In this document: positions 27,123-35,224 of the stretch, piece by piece | Position numbering within the stretch: position 1 is the stretch's first letter | How the letters are laid out: every line of letters begins with the position of its first letter | IMG/VR virus record: IMGVR_UViG_3300018481_000018 | Coordinates: 67,759-131,758 of that record | Reading direction: 5' to 3' (one strand) | DNA from: a virus | Lineage: Duplodnaviria > Heunggongvirae > Uroviricota > Caudoviricetes | Length of the DNA stretch: 64,000 bases | Notes under the pieces: model-generated | Seen by the model: only the letters and a program-made list of their open reading frames with translations | Databases searched by the model: none | What the model was told of the DNA's origin: nothing | Program-made: the position numbers and the translations under genes

Positions 27123-27355
27123 TTGCTCCTGACGGGAAACTTCTCGATGTGCCAGAAGTCGCTGTAGTCACTCCGCTGGAGGTTCGCGCTCGCCCAGGAG
27201 GAGCCATCCTCCTGGAGGTACCAGCGCTTGACTTCTGGGCGTGACGCTTTGGCGACATCCGCGTCGACGAATACCTGCTCCACCTCGCTCCCCTCGTAGG
27301 GGAAGACGTGGGTGAGGACGAACACCTCCTCGACGGCTAGCTTCGGCCTAGGCAT
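27119..27355 (-). CDS. hypothetical protein (78 aa)
   Basis: ORF track; coupled between Ku and membrane protein. Confidence 0.5.
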   Translation of the reverse strand: MPRPKLAVEEVFVLTHVFPYEGSEVEQVFVDADVAKASRPEVKRWYLQEDGSSWASANLQRSDYSDFWHIEKFPVRSK

Positions 27356-28203
27356 CAGACGGCCTCACGCTCCGCCTTGGCGGCCTCCACGGACGCCGAG
27401 AGCATGGCCAGGAGGTCCGGTGCGGCAGCGGGGGCCGCAGCGACCACGCGCTCGCCCTCGGCGGGCTTGCCGAAGTCGCCGGCACTGGCCTTCTCGTCGG
27501 CGAACGTCTGGATCAGGGCGGTTCGCTCGTCGGTGAAGTCCAGTGGCTGGTCCTCCCACACGGTCTTGATGAGCGTGCCCATCATGGCGACCTCGGCGTC
27601 GACGACCTCGGTCTCCGGGAACTCGCGCTGCTCACGAACAGCGTCGGTGTGGTGCACGAGCCACAGTCGCCCGTCGGGCATCAGGACGCAGGGCTTCGGC
27701 TTGCCTCGCGTGGTGAGCTCGCAGACCGCCATCGCGTTCTGCTCGCGCATCGCCTTGAACAGCGTCGCCATGAGCTTGGTTGCCACCGGGTCCGGCTTGC
27801 CCTTGGCCTTGCCTGAGTCGCCCTTGCGCGGCTCGGTGTAGAGCAGGCCGGAGGGGACGAAGTGACCCTGGTGGAAGTTGTGCTGCGGCTCGAACTCCCG
27901 GACGACCAGGGTGTCGGGCTGGAGCGTGAACAGTTGCTCGATCTCGTGGTCCTCCACGTAGACCGGGCCGTACTCGGTGTCGATCTTCTTGATGACCTCT
28001 GCGCCGGGTTCGAGCAGCTCGCCCGTTTCCTTGTTGGTCAGGCCGCGACCCACGGGAGCCTCGCCGTCGTCGGTGACGACGAACTGCTTGCGCGTGATGC
28101 CGTGGTCGGACACGGTGCCGGTGTAGAGGGTGATCGGGATGTTGACGAGGTTGAACGAGAGGTTGACCTTGTTCAGCGAGCGACCGCTGGGCTGTGCCTT
28201 CAT
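27355..28203 (-). CDS. ku: Ku-like DNA end-binding protein (non-homologous end-joining)
   Basis: N-terminus LSFNLVNIPITLYTGT matches bacterial Ku core (cf. ISFGLVNIPVKLY); 282 aa; C-terminal Ala/Lys tail. Confidence 0.8.
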   Translation of the reverse strand: MKAQPSGRSLNKVNLSFNLVNIPITLYTGTVSDHGITRKQFVVTDDGEAPVGRGLTNKETGELLEPGAEVIKKIDTEYGPVYVEDHEIEQLFTLQPDTLVVREFEPQHNFHQGHFVPSGLLYTEPRKGDSGKAKGKPDPVATKLMATLFKAMREQNAMAVCELTTRGKPKPCVLMPDGRLWLVHHTDAVREQREFPETEVVDAEVAMMGTLIKTVWEDQPLDFTDERTALIQTFADEKASAGDFGKPAEGERVVAAAPAAAPDLLAMLSASVEAAKAEREAV

Positions 28204-28236
28204 GGTGGCCTCCTGGGGCCTAGGTTTGGACGAGTG

Positions 28237-28635
28237 TCAGTTTCTGCTGGCGAACCAGTTGTCGACACGCGCCGCAAGAGCGTATCGCGCATCGTCGAGC
28301 CGTTGGAGCAGATTTCGTCGTGGGCGTTCCGGGACTGAACGTTCGGAATGCTCCAGAGCGCAGAGCGCCGGGTAGAGGTCGGGCATGTCTCGCACGCACG
28401 TCAGGACCTCGATCACGAGGTCTCGGTCATGCGGGATCTTGTCGTCGTCCGTCGCGCCCGCTCCGACGCTTCGACCGTGGAAGAAGCCCCGGACGTAGCC
28501 CATGACGGCCGCATCCTTGACGAGCTGTTGCTCGTGCTCGGTCATGGCCTCCCACATCTTGCCGGCGGCGGTCAGGCGTTCGTTGTCGCGGGCTGCGAGG
28601 TACGCCTCGAAGCCCTCAGGCAGGCTGGTGGTCAT
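28237..28635 (-). CDS. hypothetical protein (132 aa); 3' end contains promoter-like 40-mer
   Basis: ATG 28635 overlaps upstream stop; C-terminal codons coincide with motif copy at 28300-28341. Confidence 0.5.
   Translation of the reverse strand: MTTSLPEGFEAYLAARDNERLTAAGKMWEAMTEHEQQLVKDAAVMGYVRGFFHGRSVGAGATDDDKIPHDRDLVIEVLTCVRDMPDLYPALCALEHSERSVPERPRRNLLQRLDDARYALAARVDNWFASRN
28300..28341 (-). promoter_or_regulatory. promoter-like 40-mer embedded in coding 3' end, 95-135 nt upstream of Ku start
   Basis: CATTCCGAACGTTCAGTCCCGGAACGCCCACGACGAAATC (- strand) matches 30/40 positions of the 17770 copy. Confidence 0.5.
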
Positions 28636-29114
28636 TCCTGCACCTGCTCCGAGAAGGAGGCGAAGATGGACTCCACGACCCCCTCGACGCTGCCCGGAGT
28701 GGCCAGGAGCGCGTTCCAGGCGATGTAGGACTGGCTCTCGGGCTCCTCGTTGGTGCCAGCGATATGCCTGGGCACGAGCGGGTACTCGTGGTGCCCCACG
28801 GACTCGACTGCCATGGTGGTGACGAAGCGATCTCCCTCGAAGAACACCAGCACGTCGCCCATCGACAGCGAGCGGTTCTTGCGCTGGCGGTAGGCGGTCA
28901 CCTGAGGCGCGTAGACGCCCAGGTCGGCCCTGATCGCTGTCAGGTGGTTGGCGCCGTCGACGTTGCACAGCGTCCACACCAGGTCGGCGGCCTGCTCCGG
29001 GTTATCGGCCACGATCTCGAAGTCGTGAGCGTGGAACAACTCGGAACCCTCAGAGTGGTAGCTGGCGAACATGCCCGGCCCCACAGCGTGCAGCACCTTG
29101 ACGGTGAGGTTCAT
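28632..29114 (-). CDS. hypothetical protein (160 aa)
   Basis: ATG 29114 (MNLTVKVLHAV..); ORF-track N-terminal extension junk. Confidence 0.5.
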   Translation of the reverse strand: MNLTVKVLHAVGPGMFASYHSEGSELFHAHDFEIVADNPEQAADLVWTLCNVDGANHLTAIRADLGVYAPQVTAYRQRKNRSLSMGDVLVFFEGDRFVTTMAVESVGHHEYPLVPRHIAGTNEEPESQSYIAWNALLATPGSVEGVVESIFASFSEQVQE

Positions 29115-29395
29115 GACTCGTCCTTCCAATGAGTGTGCCGCCACGGGTTGTCCGCTCGCGCGGCCTCCTTGGCGGGTGTGGACCCTTCGTCCCAGGATGA
29201 GTACGTGACGTTCCGAGTGCGAACGAAGAACCGCTCGACCTCGGACATGTCCATGTTGTGCTCGTGCTCGTTCATCTCGTGGTAGTACAGGGCGGCCTTG
29301 GTCAGGGCGCTGTCGGCGCTGACACAACTTGCCACGAACTTCACCTCGCCGCCTTGGGTCGTGGTGAAGACGCCGTGCTGGACGGTGGTGATCAC
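29111..29395 (-). CDS. hypothetical protein (94 aa)
   Basis: GTG 29395..29393 overlaps upstream stop (GTGA). Confidence 0.45.
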   Translation of the reverse strand: MITTVQHGVFTTTQGGEVKFVASCVSADSALTKAALYYHEMNEHEHNMDMSEVERFFVRTRNVTYSSWDEGSTPAKEAARADNPWRHTHWKDES

Positions 29396-29601
29396 TCGAT
29401 CGCCTTGAGCAGCTCCGCCCAGCGGGAGTTGGTGGCTCTGTACTGACTGGCGGCTGGGAACTCCCCACTCCCCAGGAACGCCCACAGGTAGCTAAGCGAG
29501 TCCATCGCGCCGTATAGGTACTCGGGATCGAGCGTGTCGACGTCCGCGTCCTTGATCTTGTCTCGCAACTGGAGCAGTTGCTCCTGAGTGATCTGGGCCA
29601 T
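29392..29601 (-). CDS. hypothetical protein (69 aa)
   Basis: ORF track. Confidence 0.5.
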   Translation of the reverse strand: MAQITQEQLLQLRDKIKDADVDTLDPEYLYGAMDSLSYLWAFLGSGEFPAASQYRATNSRWAELLKAIE

Positions 29602-29604
29602 GTC

Positions 29605-30084
29605 CTATCCCTTCACTGGGACGACCTTGAGGCCGGCCTCGGTGGTGACGACTTTCTCCTTGAGCTTCTTGGCGCGCTTGCGCCAGTTGTCGTCGCGCCG
29701 CAGGTCGTCCAGAATGATGCCGATCCACACCACGTCGACCAGGATGTCGACGCTGTTCTGTAGGCCGGGCCCACCGAACACGGTGAGCGCAAGGTCTGCG
29801 ATGAACACCAGCAACATGGGCACGCGGGCCACGTTCAGCAGGCGCGTGGACCGCACGACCAGGTTCACCCAGAAGCTGGCGGTTAGCGTGATCTTCTCCG
29901 CACTCTTCTTGGACAGGCGTTTGAAATACCACTGAGGCGCGTGCGGCCACGCGAAGATGAACGAGTCATCCTCGAACTTGATCGTTGGCATGAAGATCCG
30001 CGCAATGATCCGGACCGCCCAGGTGAGGGTGAACCAGATGATGAGGAGGTTCAGGGCGATCTCTATGGCGATCATCGTTTCCAC
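29605..30084 (-). CDS. integral membrane protein (159 aa)
   Basis: ORF track; several hydrophobic helices. Confidence 0.55.
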   Translation of the reverse strand: METMIAIEIALNLLIIWFTLTWAVRIIARIFMPTIKFEDDSFIFAWPHAPQWYFKRLSKKSAEKITLTASFWVNLVVRSTRLLNVARVPMLLVFIADLALTVFGGPGLQNSVDILVDVVWIGIILDDLRRDDNWRKRAKKLKEKVVTTEAGLKVVPVKG

Positions 30085-30617
30085 ACTCCAAACAGGGAGT
30101 CGGGCTTCCCGTCGCTGAACTTACCTCCGTAGAAGGTTCGTTCCTCGACCTGGAAGCCATGACGTTGCAGGTCGCCGGCGTGAACCTCGGCTACGTGTGT
30201 GGGGTCCATGCCCAGCACGTCCATGGTCATGGGGTTGGGCGTCGAGACGACGATACCGACGGTGGCCGCCGACTGCATTCGCTTGACCAGGAGCTCCCAG
30301 TTGTTCAGGTGCTCCAGGAGCTCGAGCGCGACGAACCAGTGAGCCTCGCGGGGCGGGGTCCAGTCGTTCAGATCGGTGCCGTCGATGCCGCCGTCCACGG
30401 GGATGTAGCGACCGCGCCAGCCGAACTCACCGCGCAGGCAGTAGTCGAACTCGGTCATGCCAGCCCCGACGTCGAACACCGTCATGGCATCGGTCAGGCC
30501 GATGGCGTGCATGACCCTGATGGAGTGGCGATACCGGATGGCACGCCACTGGTACTTCCCGGTTCGGTCGTCTGCGTACTGATCGCAGTTGGCGATCGTG
30601 GGAGTCCAGTCGGTCAC
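30072..30617 (-). CDS. putative small SAM-dependent methyltransferase (181 aa)
   Basis: VFDVGAGMTEF (motif I-like), acidic residue after next strand (IPVDG), FVALELLEHL; GTG 30617 overlaps upstream stop, SD GAGGGAGGAC. Confidence 0.45.
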   Translation of the reverse strand: MTDWTPTIANCDQYADDRTGKYQWRAIRYRHSIRVMHAIGLTDAMTVFDVGAGMTEFDYCLRGEFGWRGRYIPVDGGIDGTDLNDWTPPREAHWFVALELLEHLNNWELLVKRMQSAATVGIVVSTPNPMTMDVLGMDPTHVAEVHAGDLQRHGFQVEERTFYGGKFSDGKPDSLFGVWKR

Positions 30618-30799
30618 AAGTCCTCCCTCGGGGTCCTGGGGGCGGGAGTGACGCCCTCTTTGGCGCACTCTTCGGCGTGGTACTTGCGGTACTCCTCGGG
30701 ATGGGCCCGCCGCAAGCGCTTGAGCGCTCGCTGGCGGGCCCTGCTAGCGGCACGAATCTGCTGCCGCTGGCGTTCCCGAGCCTCGGGGGTGCGAGGCAT
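30614..30799 (-). CDS. small Arg/Lys-rich protein (61 aa), possible nucleic-acid binder
   Basis: ATG 30799 overlaps upstream stop; MPRTPEARERQRQQIRAASRARQRALKRLRRAHPEEY.. Confidence 0.45.
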   Translation of the reverse strand: MPRTPEARERQRQQIRAASRARQRALKRLRRAHPEEYRKYHAEECAKEGVTPAPRTPREDL

Positions 30800-31380
30800 T
30801 ACTGGTCCTGCGGCTCCGGGGCCGGGGGCTCTGGCCTGACGTCCACCACGGCGGTAGCCAAGCGGCAGTAGTCCAGTTCCCAGGTCTCCACGGCCTCGCG
30901 GTCGAAGTCCTGGTTCTCCCTCACCGCCGCCAGTGCCTCGTACTGTCGACGGCACTTGAAGACCACTACGTCGCCAGGAAGCAACGCGGTGGCCTTGGTG
31001 TCACTGACCTTGAGGATGGACACGCTGCCCTCGCGGGCCAGCTCGGTGCTCGGCGAGGAGCTCTGCACCAGGATGCGGACGAAGCCCTTCCCCCCGGTCA
31101 CCTCGCCGAAGTACGAACCGCTGAACGATCCGTAGCCGCCGAACACAGTGCCGCCCGAAGAGCCTTGGGCGGGTGCGATCTGGCGAGTGACCGAGTTGAC
31201 CTCGGCCACGATCTCGCCCTCGATCGTGTACACCTCATCGTCCACGGCGACCTTGGAGCCGACCTTGTAGGACTGGCTGGAGTCGGACTCGACCTCCGGC
31301 TCCTCGTTGGCGGCCGAGCAGCCACTCAGCAGCGCTCCGGCCAGAATCGGCACAACCAGCATCCTCCTCATGACAGGCAC
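30799..31380 (-). CDS. putative lipoprotein (193 aa)
   Basis: Signal peptide plus lipobox LLSGC; ORF track. Confidence 0.55.
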   Translation of the reverse strand: MPVMRRMLVVPILAGALLSGCSAANEEPEVESDSSQSYKVGSKVAVDDEVYTIEGEIVAEVNSVTRQIAPAQGSSGGTVFGGYGSFSGSYFGEVTGGKGFVRILVQSSSPSTELAREGSVSILKVSDTKATALLPGDVVVFKCRRQYEALAAVRENQDFDREAVETWELDYCRLATAVVDVRPEPPAPEPQDQ

Positions 31381-31547
31381 CTTTCGATGTCGCGTTGTTC
31401 TTGGGCAGAGCCGGACTCGCCCGTGGAGTAGCAGTCGCCTTCACTTGTGAGCACCGTGAACACTGCCCACAGCACGAACACAACGACTGCGCCCAGCACC
31501 AGGATCAGGCAGCCGTTCGCCGCACCGGCTTCGTTCCGATGCTTCAC
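31368..31547 (-). CDS. small membrane protein (59 aa)
   Basis: GTG 31547 overlaps upstream stop (GTGA); TM segment LILVLGAVVVFVLWAVFTVL. Confidence 0.4.
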   Translation of the reverse strand: MKHRNEAGAANGCLILVLGAVVVFVLWAVFTVLTSEGDCYSTGESGSAQEQRDIERCLS

Positions 31548-32449
31548 TGGGGCGACCCGCCGTACAGGAACTGGTCGCGGTACGGGTTGCCGCACGACGG
31601 GGTGGTGACACACAGGTAGCGGAGGTATTCCTCGACTCCGCCGAACCCGTTGATCTCCTCCCGCTTCGCACGCGCCTCGGCCGCAGCCAGCGCCTCCTGC
31701 GCCTTGGCGGTTGCCACGTCGGCCTGCGCCTTCGCCTCAGCTGCGCGAGCCTGCGCGATTCCCGCCTGCTCGTCGGCGATGGCCTGGACGAGGTTGCCGT
31801 CCACCGGCTCCGGCTTCTGGATCAGGACCGTGAAGTCACGGAAGAAGTCACCACCTGCCTGCTCGTTCACCAAGCCCTCGATCGACTCGCGGACCTCGGT
31901 CTGCATCTCCAGGCGCACCGCGTCGTCGTTCCACACGTCGCGCCATTCGTACTCGGAGGCGACCCGGACCAGTGTGTTGTCCAGCGGTTTGCCGATGATG
32001 TCGTTGAGCATGTCCACCCAGCCGCTCGGGTAGTCGGCCGAAGTGGTCTCTCCGTCGTCGGTCACGTCGGCCTGGATCGCCGCGTCGTAGCGGGCCGCGA
32101 CCTCTTCGTGCATCTCTCGGAGCACCGTGCAGTCGGTGTCGAGGCGGAACGTCAGGCGGACCGGCACGTACAGCTCGGCGGAGTCGGACGACACCACCTT
32201 GAACCTGCCGCGCTCGGCGTTGCCCGACTCGGACGCTTCGTAGCTGATCTGGCGGGTCGGGTAGTAGTAGTAGCGGTCGCCGGGTGAGAAGTCCCTAGAG
32301 GACGGCTCGATGCAGTCCTTGAACTTCTTCGCCTGGGTGGCTCCGCCGGAGTAGTGGACGCCCTTCAGGTCGGCGGGCGCTGATGTGGTCGAGCACCCGG
32401 TCAACAGCAGCGCCAGGGCTGCCACGGTTCCTCCGATGATCTTCTTCAC
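31544..32449 (-). CDS. putative lipoprotein (301 aa)
   Basis: MKKIIGGTVAALALLLTGCS signal/lipobox; Ala/Glu-rich coiled-coil C-terminus. Confidence 0.6.
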   Translation of the reverse strand: MKKIIGGTVAALALLLTGCSTTSAPADLKGVHYSGGATQAKKFKDCIEPSSRDFSPGDRYYYYPTRQISYEASESGNAERGRFKVVSSDSAELYVPVRLTFRLDTDCTVLREMHEEVAARYDAAIQADVTDDGETTSADYPSGWVDMLNDIIGKPLDNTLVRVASEYEWRDVWNDDAVRLEMQTEVRESIEGLVNEQAGGDFFRDFTVLIQKPEPVDGNLVQAIADEQAGIAQARAAEAKAQADVATAKAQEALAAAEARAKREEINGFGGVEEYLRYLCVTTPSCGNPYRDQFLYGGSPQ

Positions 32450-32700
32450 AGTTCGTTACCCCTCTTGCGGTAGGTCGCGTTGGCTTCGTCCAGCGCGATG
32501 CGTGCGAATGAATCTCCGAGCGCGATGTGCTCGGGGGCTTGCATCTGGATGTTCTGCCGCATCGCCAGGAGGCGGCCGTACTCCTCCCGCTCTCCGCGAG
32601 TCAGGCTGTCCCTGCGGGGACCGATCGTGTTGTAGACCAATACGCCGATCCCTGCCAGCGCCAGCACTCCGAGAATGCTGGCAAGGACGATGAGTCCCAT
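32446..32700 (-). CDS. membrane protein (84 aa)
   Basis: ATG 32700 (MGLIVLASILGVLALAGIGVLV..) shares a base with upstream stop. Confidence 0.5.
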   Translation of the reverse strand: MGLIVLASILGVLALAGIGVLVYNTIGPRRDSLTRGEREEYGRLLAMRQNIQMQAPEHIALGDSFARIALDEANATYRKRGNEL

Positions 32701-32978
32701 TACGAGTCCTCCTTGGGGGTCACGCGGTTCATGAGGAGCACGGTCATCTCGTGGATTTCGGTGTCTCCGTCGGGCCAGGCGTTGAGCCAGTCGGCCGCCT
32801 CCTGAGGGGTGTCGAACGGCCCGTGGTAGGTCACCGACTCCCGCTGCGTCTCCTCGTCCTCGACGTCGATTTCGCGACCCTCGGAGTCGGTGTTGTACTC
32901 GATCATGGCGAACCAGCACTCGCCGAAGCCGGCGGAAGTGATGATGTTGCCGTCGTCGTCACGGGGCAGGTCGGTCAT
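32700..32978 (-). CDS. hypothetical acidic protein (92 aa)
   Basis: ORF track. Confidence 0.55.
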   Translation of the reverse strand: MTDLPRDDDGNIITSAGFGECWFAMIEYNTDSEGREIDVEDEETQRESVTYHGPFDTPQEAADWLNAWPDGDTEIHEMTVLLMNRVTPKEDS

Positions 32979-33310
32979 GCGCTACTCCTCTGGTAGATCA
33001 CGTTGTCGCCTCCGCGCGTCTGCGGGTGGCGAACGTAGCCCTTCGCTCTTAGACGGATGTCCAGAACGTCGATCACGGCATCCTCGACCACGTGGCCGAG
33101 TTCGTAGCGCACGTCCTGAGAGCACGCCTCACATATGCCCGCGACGACGACATCGCCACCGAATCGTCTGGTACCGACGGTGTGGATCAGCAGCTTGTCG
33201 TGCTGGCAGGTGTTTGCCGCCTTCTTCTTGCGCCAACGGCCCACGTACTTGCAGATCACGGCCCCAACGAGGCAGCCGATGGCGAATGCGATCAGGACGA
33301 GAACGCTCAT
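32975..33310 (-). CDS. membrane-anchored protein (111 aa)
   Basis: N-terminal TM MSVLVLIAFAIGCLVGAVI; ATGA overlap. Confidence 0.5.
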   Translation of the reverse strand: MSVLVLIAFAIGCLVGAVICKYVGRWRKKKAANTCQHDKLLIHTVGTRRFGGDVVVAGICEACSQDVRYELGHVVEDAVIDVLDIRLRAKGYVRHPQTRGGDNVIYQRSSA

Positions 33311-33699
33311 CGGTCATCCTTCCGGTTGTTGAGGTAGTCCGCCACGACGTTGCGCGCGTCCTCGGCGTCCCACATGCCCTGGTCGATCATGGTGACGACC
33401 TGGTGGAGCATGTCCAGGTCGGGCCTGCCGTGACCCGCCTCGAAGGGCTGCGTCACCTCGACGCGTCGCGCCTTGGCCAACTCAGCATTGGCCTCGCGCG
33501 TCTCGGCCTCCACCTCGTCGGCGATGTCGAGCACGAACATCATGGAGGACAGGAGCGCCTGCTTGAACTGCGACTTCTGGAAGCCCTCCAGGTCGTCCCA
33601 GGGCGTCTCAACGAGGCCGGCCTGCACGTTGGCCTCGTGAGTCCGGCTCGCCATGCGCTCCATGATCTCGGTCAGATTGTGCTCGCTGCGGTTGGTCAT
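33307..33699 (-). CDS. hypothetical protein (130 aa)
   Basis: ATG 33699 (MTNRSEHNLTEIM..) overlaps upstream stop. Confidence 0.5.
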   Translation of the reverse strand: MTNRSEHNLTEIMERMASRTHEANVQAGLVETPWDDLEGFQKSQFKQALLSSMMFVLDIADEVEAETREANAELAKARRVEVTQPFEAGHGRPDLDMLHQVVTMIDQGMWDAEDARNVVADYLNNRKDDR

Positions 33700-34082
33700 T
33701 CGGGCACCTCCACGCTGTTGCCGGGGAACACGCAGAGCCCGTGGTCGGACCTGTCCAGCAGGTCCGCCGGCACCCAGCCGCCTCCCCGCTCGACGCAGTT
33801 GGCCTCGCGGCCCGCCTCGCTGGTCTTGTAGTCCTCGGGCGTTTGTGGGTCGTCGTCGATCCAAATGGCCCAGATGCCGGCGGTCAGGACCAGCGCCACG
33901 GCGAAGGCGATGCCGGTCGAGATCCAGGCCATGGTGCGCTGGGCCTTCCGGTTCTCCTTGGCGACCTTGATGTCCCGGTTGGCCTCGATCTGCACGAGCT
34001 CGCGCTGTTGCTCAGCCTCGAACCGAAGTCGGTCCATCGTTTCGATGTGCGTCTCGGGGATGGTGAAGTCCTCGGTCATCAC
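33696..34082 (-). CDS. membrane protein (128 aa)
   Basis: TM MAWISTGIAFAVALVLTAGIWAIWI; ORF track. Confidence 0.5.
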   Translation of the reverse strand: MMTEDFTIPETHIETMDRLRFEAEQQRELVQIEANRDIKVAKENRKAQRTMAWISTGIAFAVALVLTAGIWAIWIDDDPQTPEDYKTSEAGREANCVERGGGWVPADLLDRSDHGLCVFPGNSVEVPE

Positions 34083-34723
34083 TCCACCTCACGCATGGTC
34101 TCGACGTTGTAGACCTTGTAGTTCGGGCTGTCGAGGTCCTGGCGCACCCTGCCCCAGGTCGAGTGGGCCGCGCCTATGAACCACTCGCCGTCGTGCTTGG
34201 AATGGGTCCTGACGGGGCGGTCGTACACCGTCTCGACGGTCAGGTAGGTGCCGTCCGCAAAGTAGTCCTTGCGACGGTTCTCGACCTCGGAGCGAACCGT
34301 ACGCGCTCGCTCGAGCTCGGCCTCGGCTCGCTCGACGGCTCGGTTGGCTACCTCCAGCTCGCGCTCGTCCTGGGTCATGGGCTTGACCTTGGCGACCTCA
34401 CGCTGCTTGGACCTGGATGCCCTGTAGATGTCCTCCTGCGAGATGCCGAGCGCCACTCTGCCGACCTCGACCTTCAGGGCGCTTGCCCGCTCGGACAGGC
34501 TGGGGTGTTGGGTCGCTCCCCGCTTGAACCTTTCCAGTCTCTTGACCAGCTCGATGGCGTCGCGCCTCTTGCCGTACTCGTCGTGGCTCCTGCCGTACTC
34601 GGCCTGGAGCGTGCGCCACTCCTCCTCGATGGCCAGGAGGTTCAGGTTGAGGTTGTTGTGCTTGCGCTCCTCGCAGCAGGTTCCCAGCGGGTGGCATCCG
34701 CACGCGCTGTGGCAGATGGGCAT
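34079..34723 (-). CDS. hypothetical coiled-coil protein with N-terminal Cys cluster (214 aa)
   Basis: ORF track; MPICHSACGCHPLGTCCEE. Confidence 0.55.
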   Translation of the reverse strand: MPICHSACGCHPLGTCCEERKHNNLNLNLLAIEEEWRTLQAEYGRSHDEYGKRRDAIELVKRLERFKRGATQHPSLSERASALKVEVGRVALGISQEDIYRASRSKQREVAKVKPMTQDERELEVANRAVERAEAELERARTVRSEVENRRKDYFADGTYLTVETVYDRPVRTHSKHDGEWFIGAAHSTWGRVRQDLDSPNYKVYNVETMREVE

Positions 34724-34724
34724 G

Positions 34725-35114
34725 TCAGTTCTCCTCGTGGTAGGGAACGAAGGCGGGCGTCTTGACGGTCCTGGTCACGGTGGCACCGTCCAGAGCCTCG
34801 CAGTACCAGCGGTAGGCGGCTGCGAACTGCTGGGTGAACCCGGTCTCGTCGGTCACGTCCCAGAACGCACCGCCTTCGACCTTGACGACTGAGGTGATGA
34901 CCCGCTTGCCGCCGCGAGCCTGACCCTTGACGAAGGGCCGCACCGTCATGCCCTTCTCCAGGTGCTTGGTCTTGATCACCCCGTCATGGATGGACTGGAC
35001 CTCCGTGGGCACCAGGCCCGGTCGGACGACCTTGGCCTTGCCGTCGGAGTCGACCTGGGCGACCTGGCGCTGCTTGGCCAGGTTGGCGAGGAGTGTGGGG
35101 TTCGGCGTGGACAT
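34725..35114 (-). CDS. hypothetical protein (129 aa)
   Basis: ATG 35114 (MSTPNPTLLANL..) preceded by CAGGAGGCTATG; ORF-track 124-aa N-terminal extension junk. Confidence 0.5.
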   Translation of the reverse strand: MSTPNPTLLANLAKQRQVAQVDSDGKAKVVRPGLVPTEVQSIHDGVIKTKHLEKGMTVRPFVKGQARGGKRVITSVVKVEGGAFWDVTDETGFTQQFAAAYRWYCEALDGATVTRTVKTPAFVPYHEEN

Positions 35115-35144
35115 GACATAGCCTCCTGGGGCTTCGGTTGGGAT

Positions 35145-35160
35145 TCTGACGGGCGTCAGA
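35145..35160. promoter_or_regulatory. palindrome TCTGACG-GG-CGTCAGA (operator-like family)
   Basis: 30 nt upstream of gene start 35114; family members at 20426, 44976, 46649, 47119. Confidence 0.45.
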
Positions 35161-35224
35161 ACCTCGTCCCCCGCCTGGCCTCGGAACCAGGGCGGGCCGC
35201 TTTGACGGCGCTCGGGGGCAGCGG

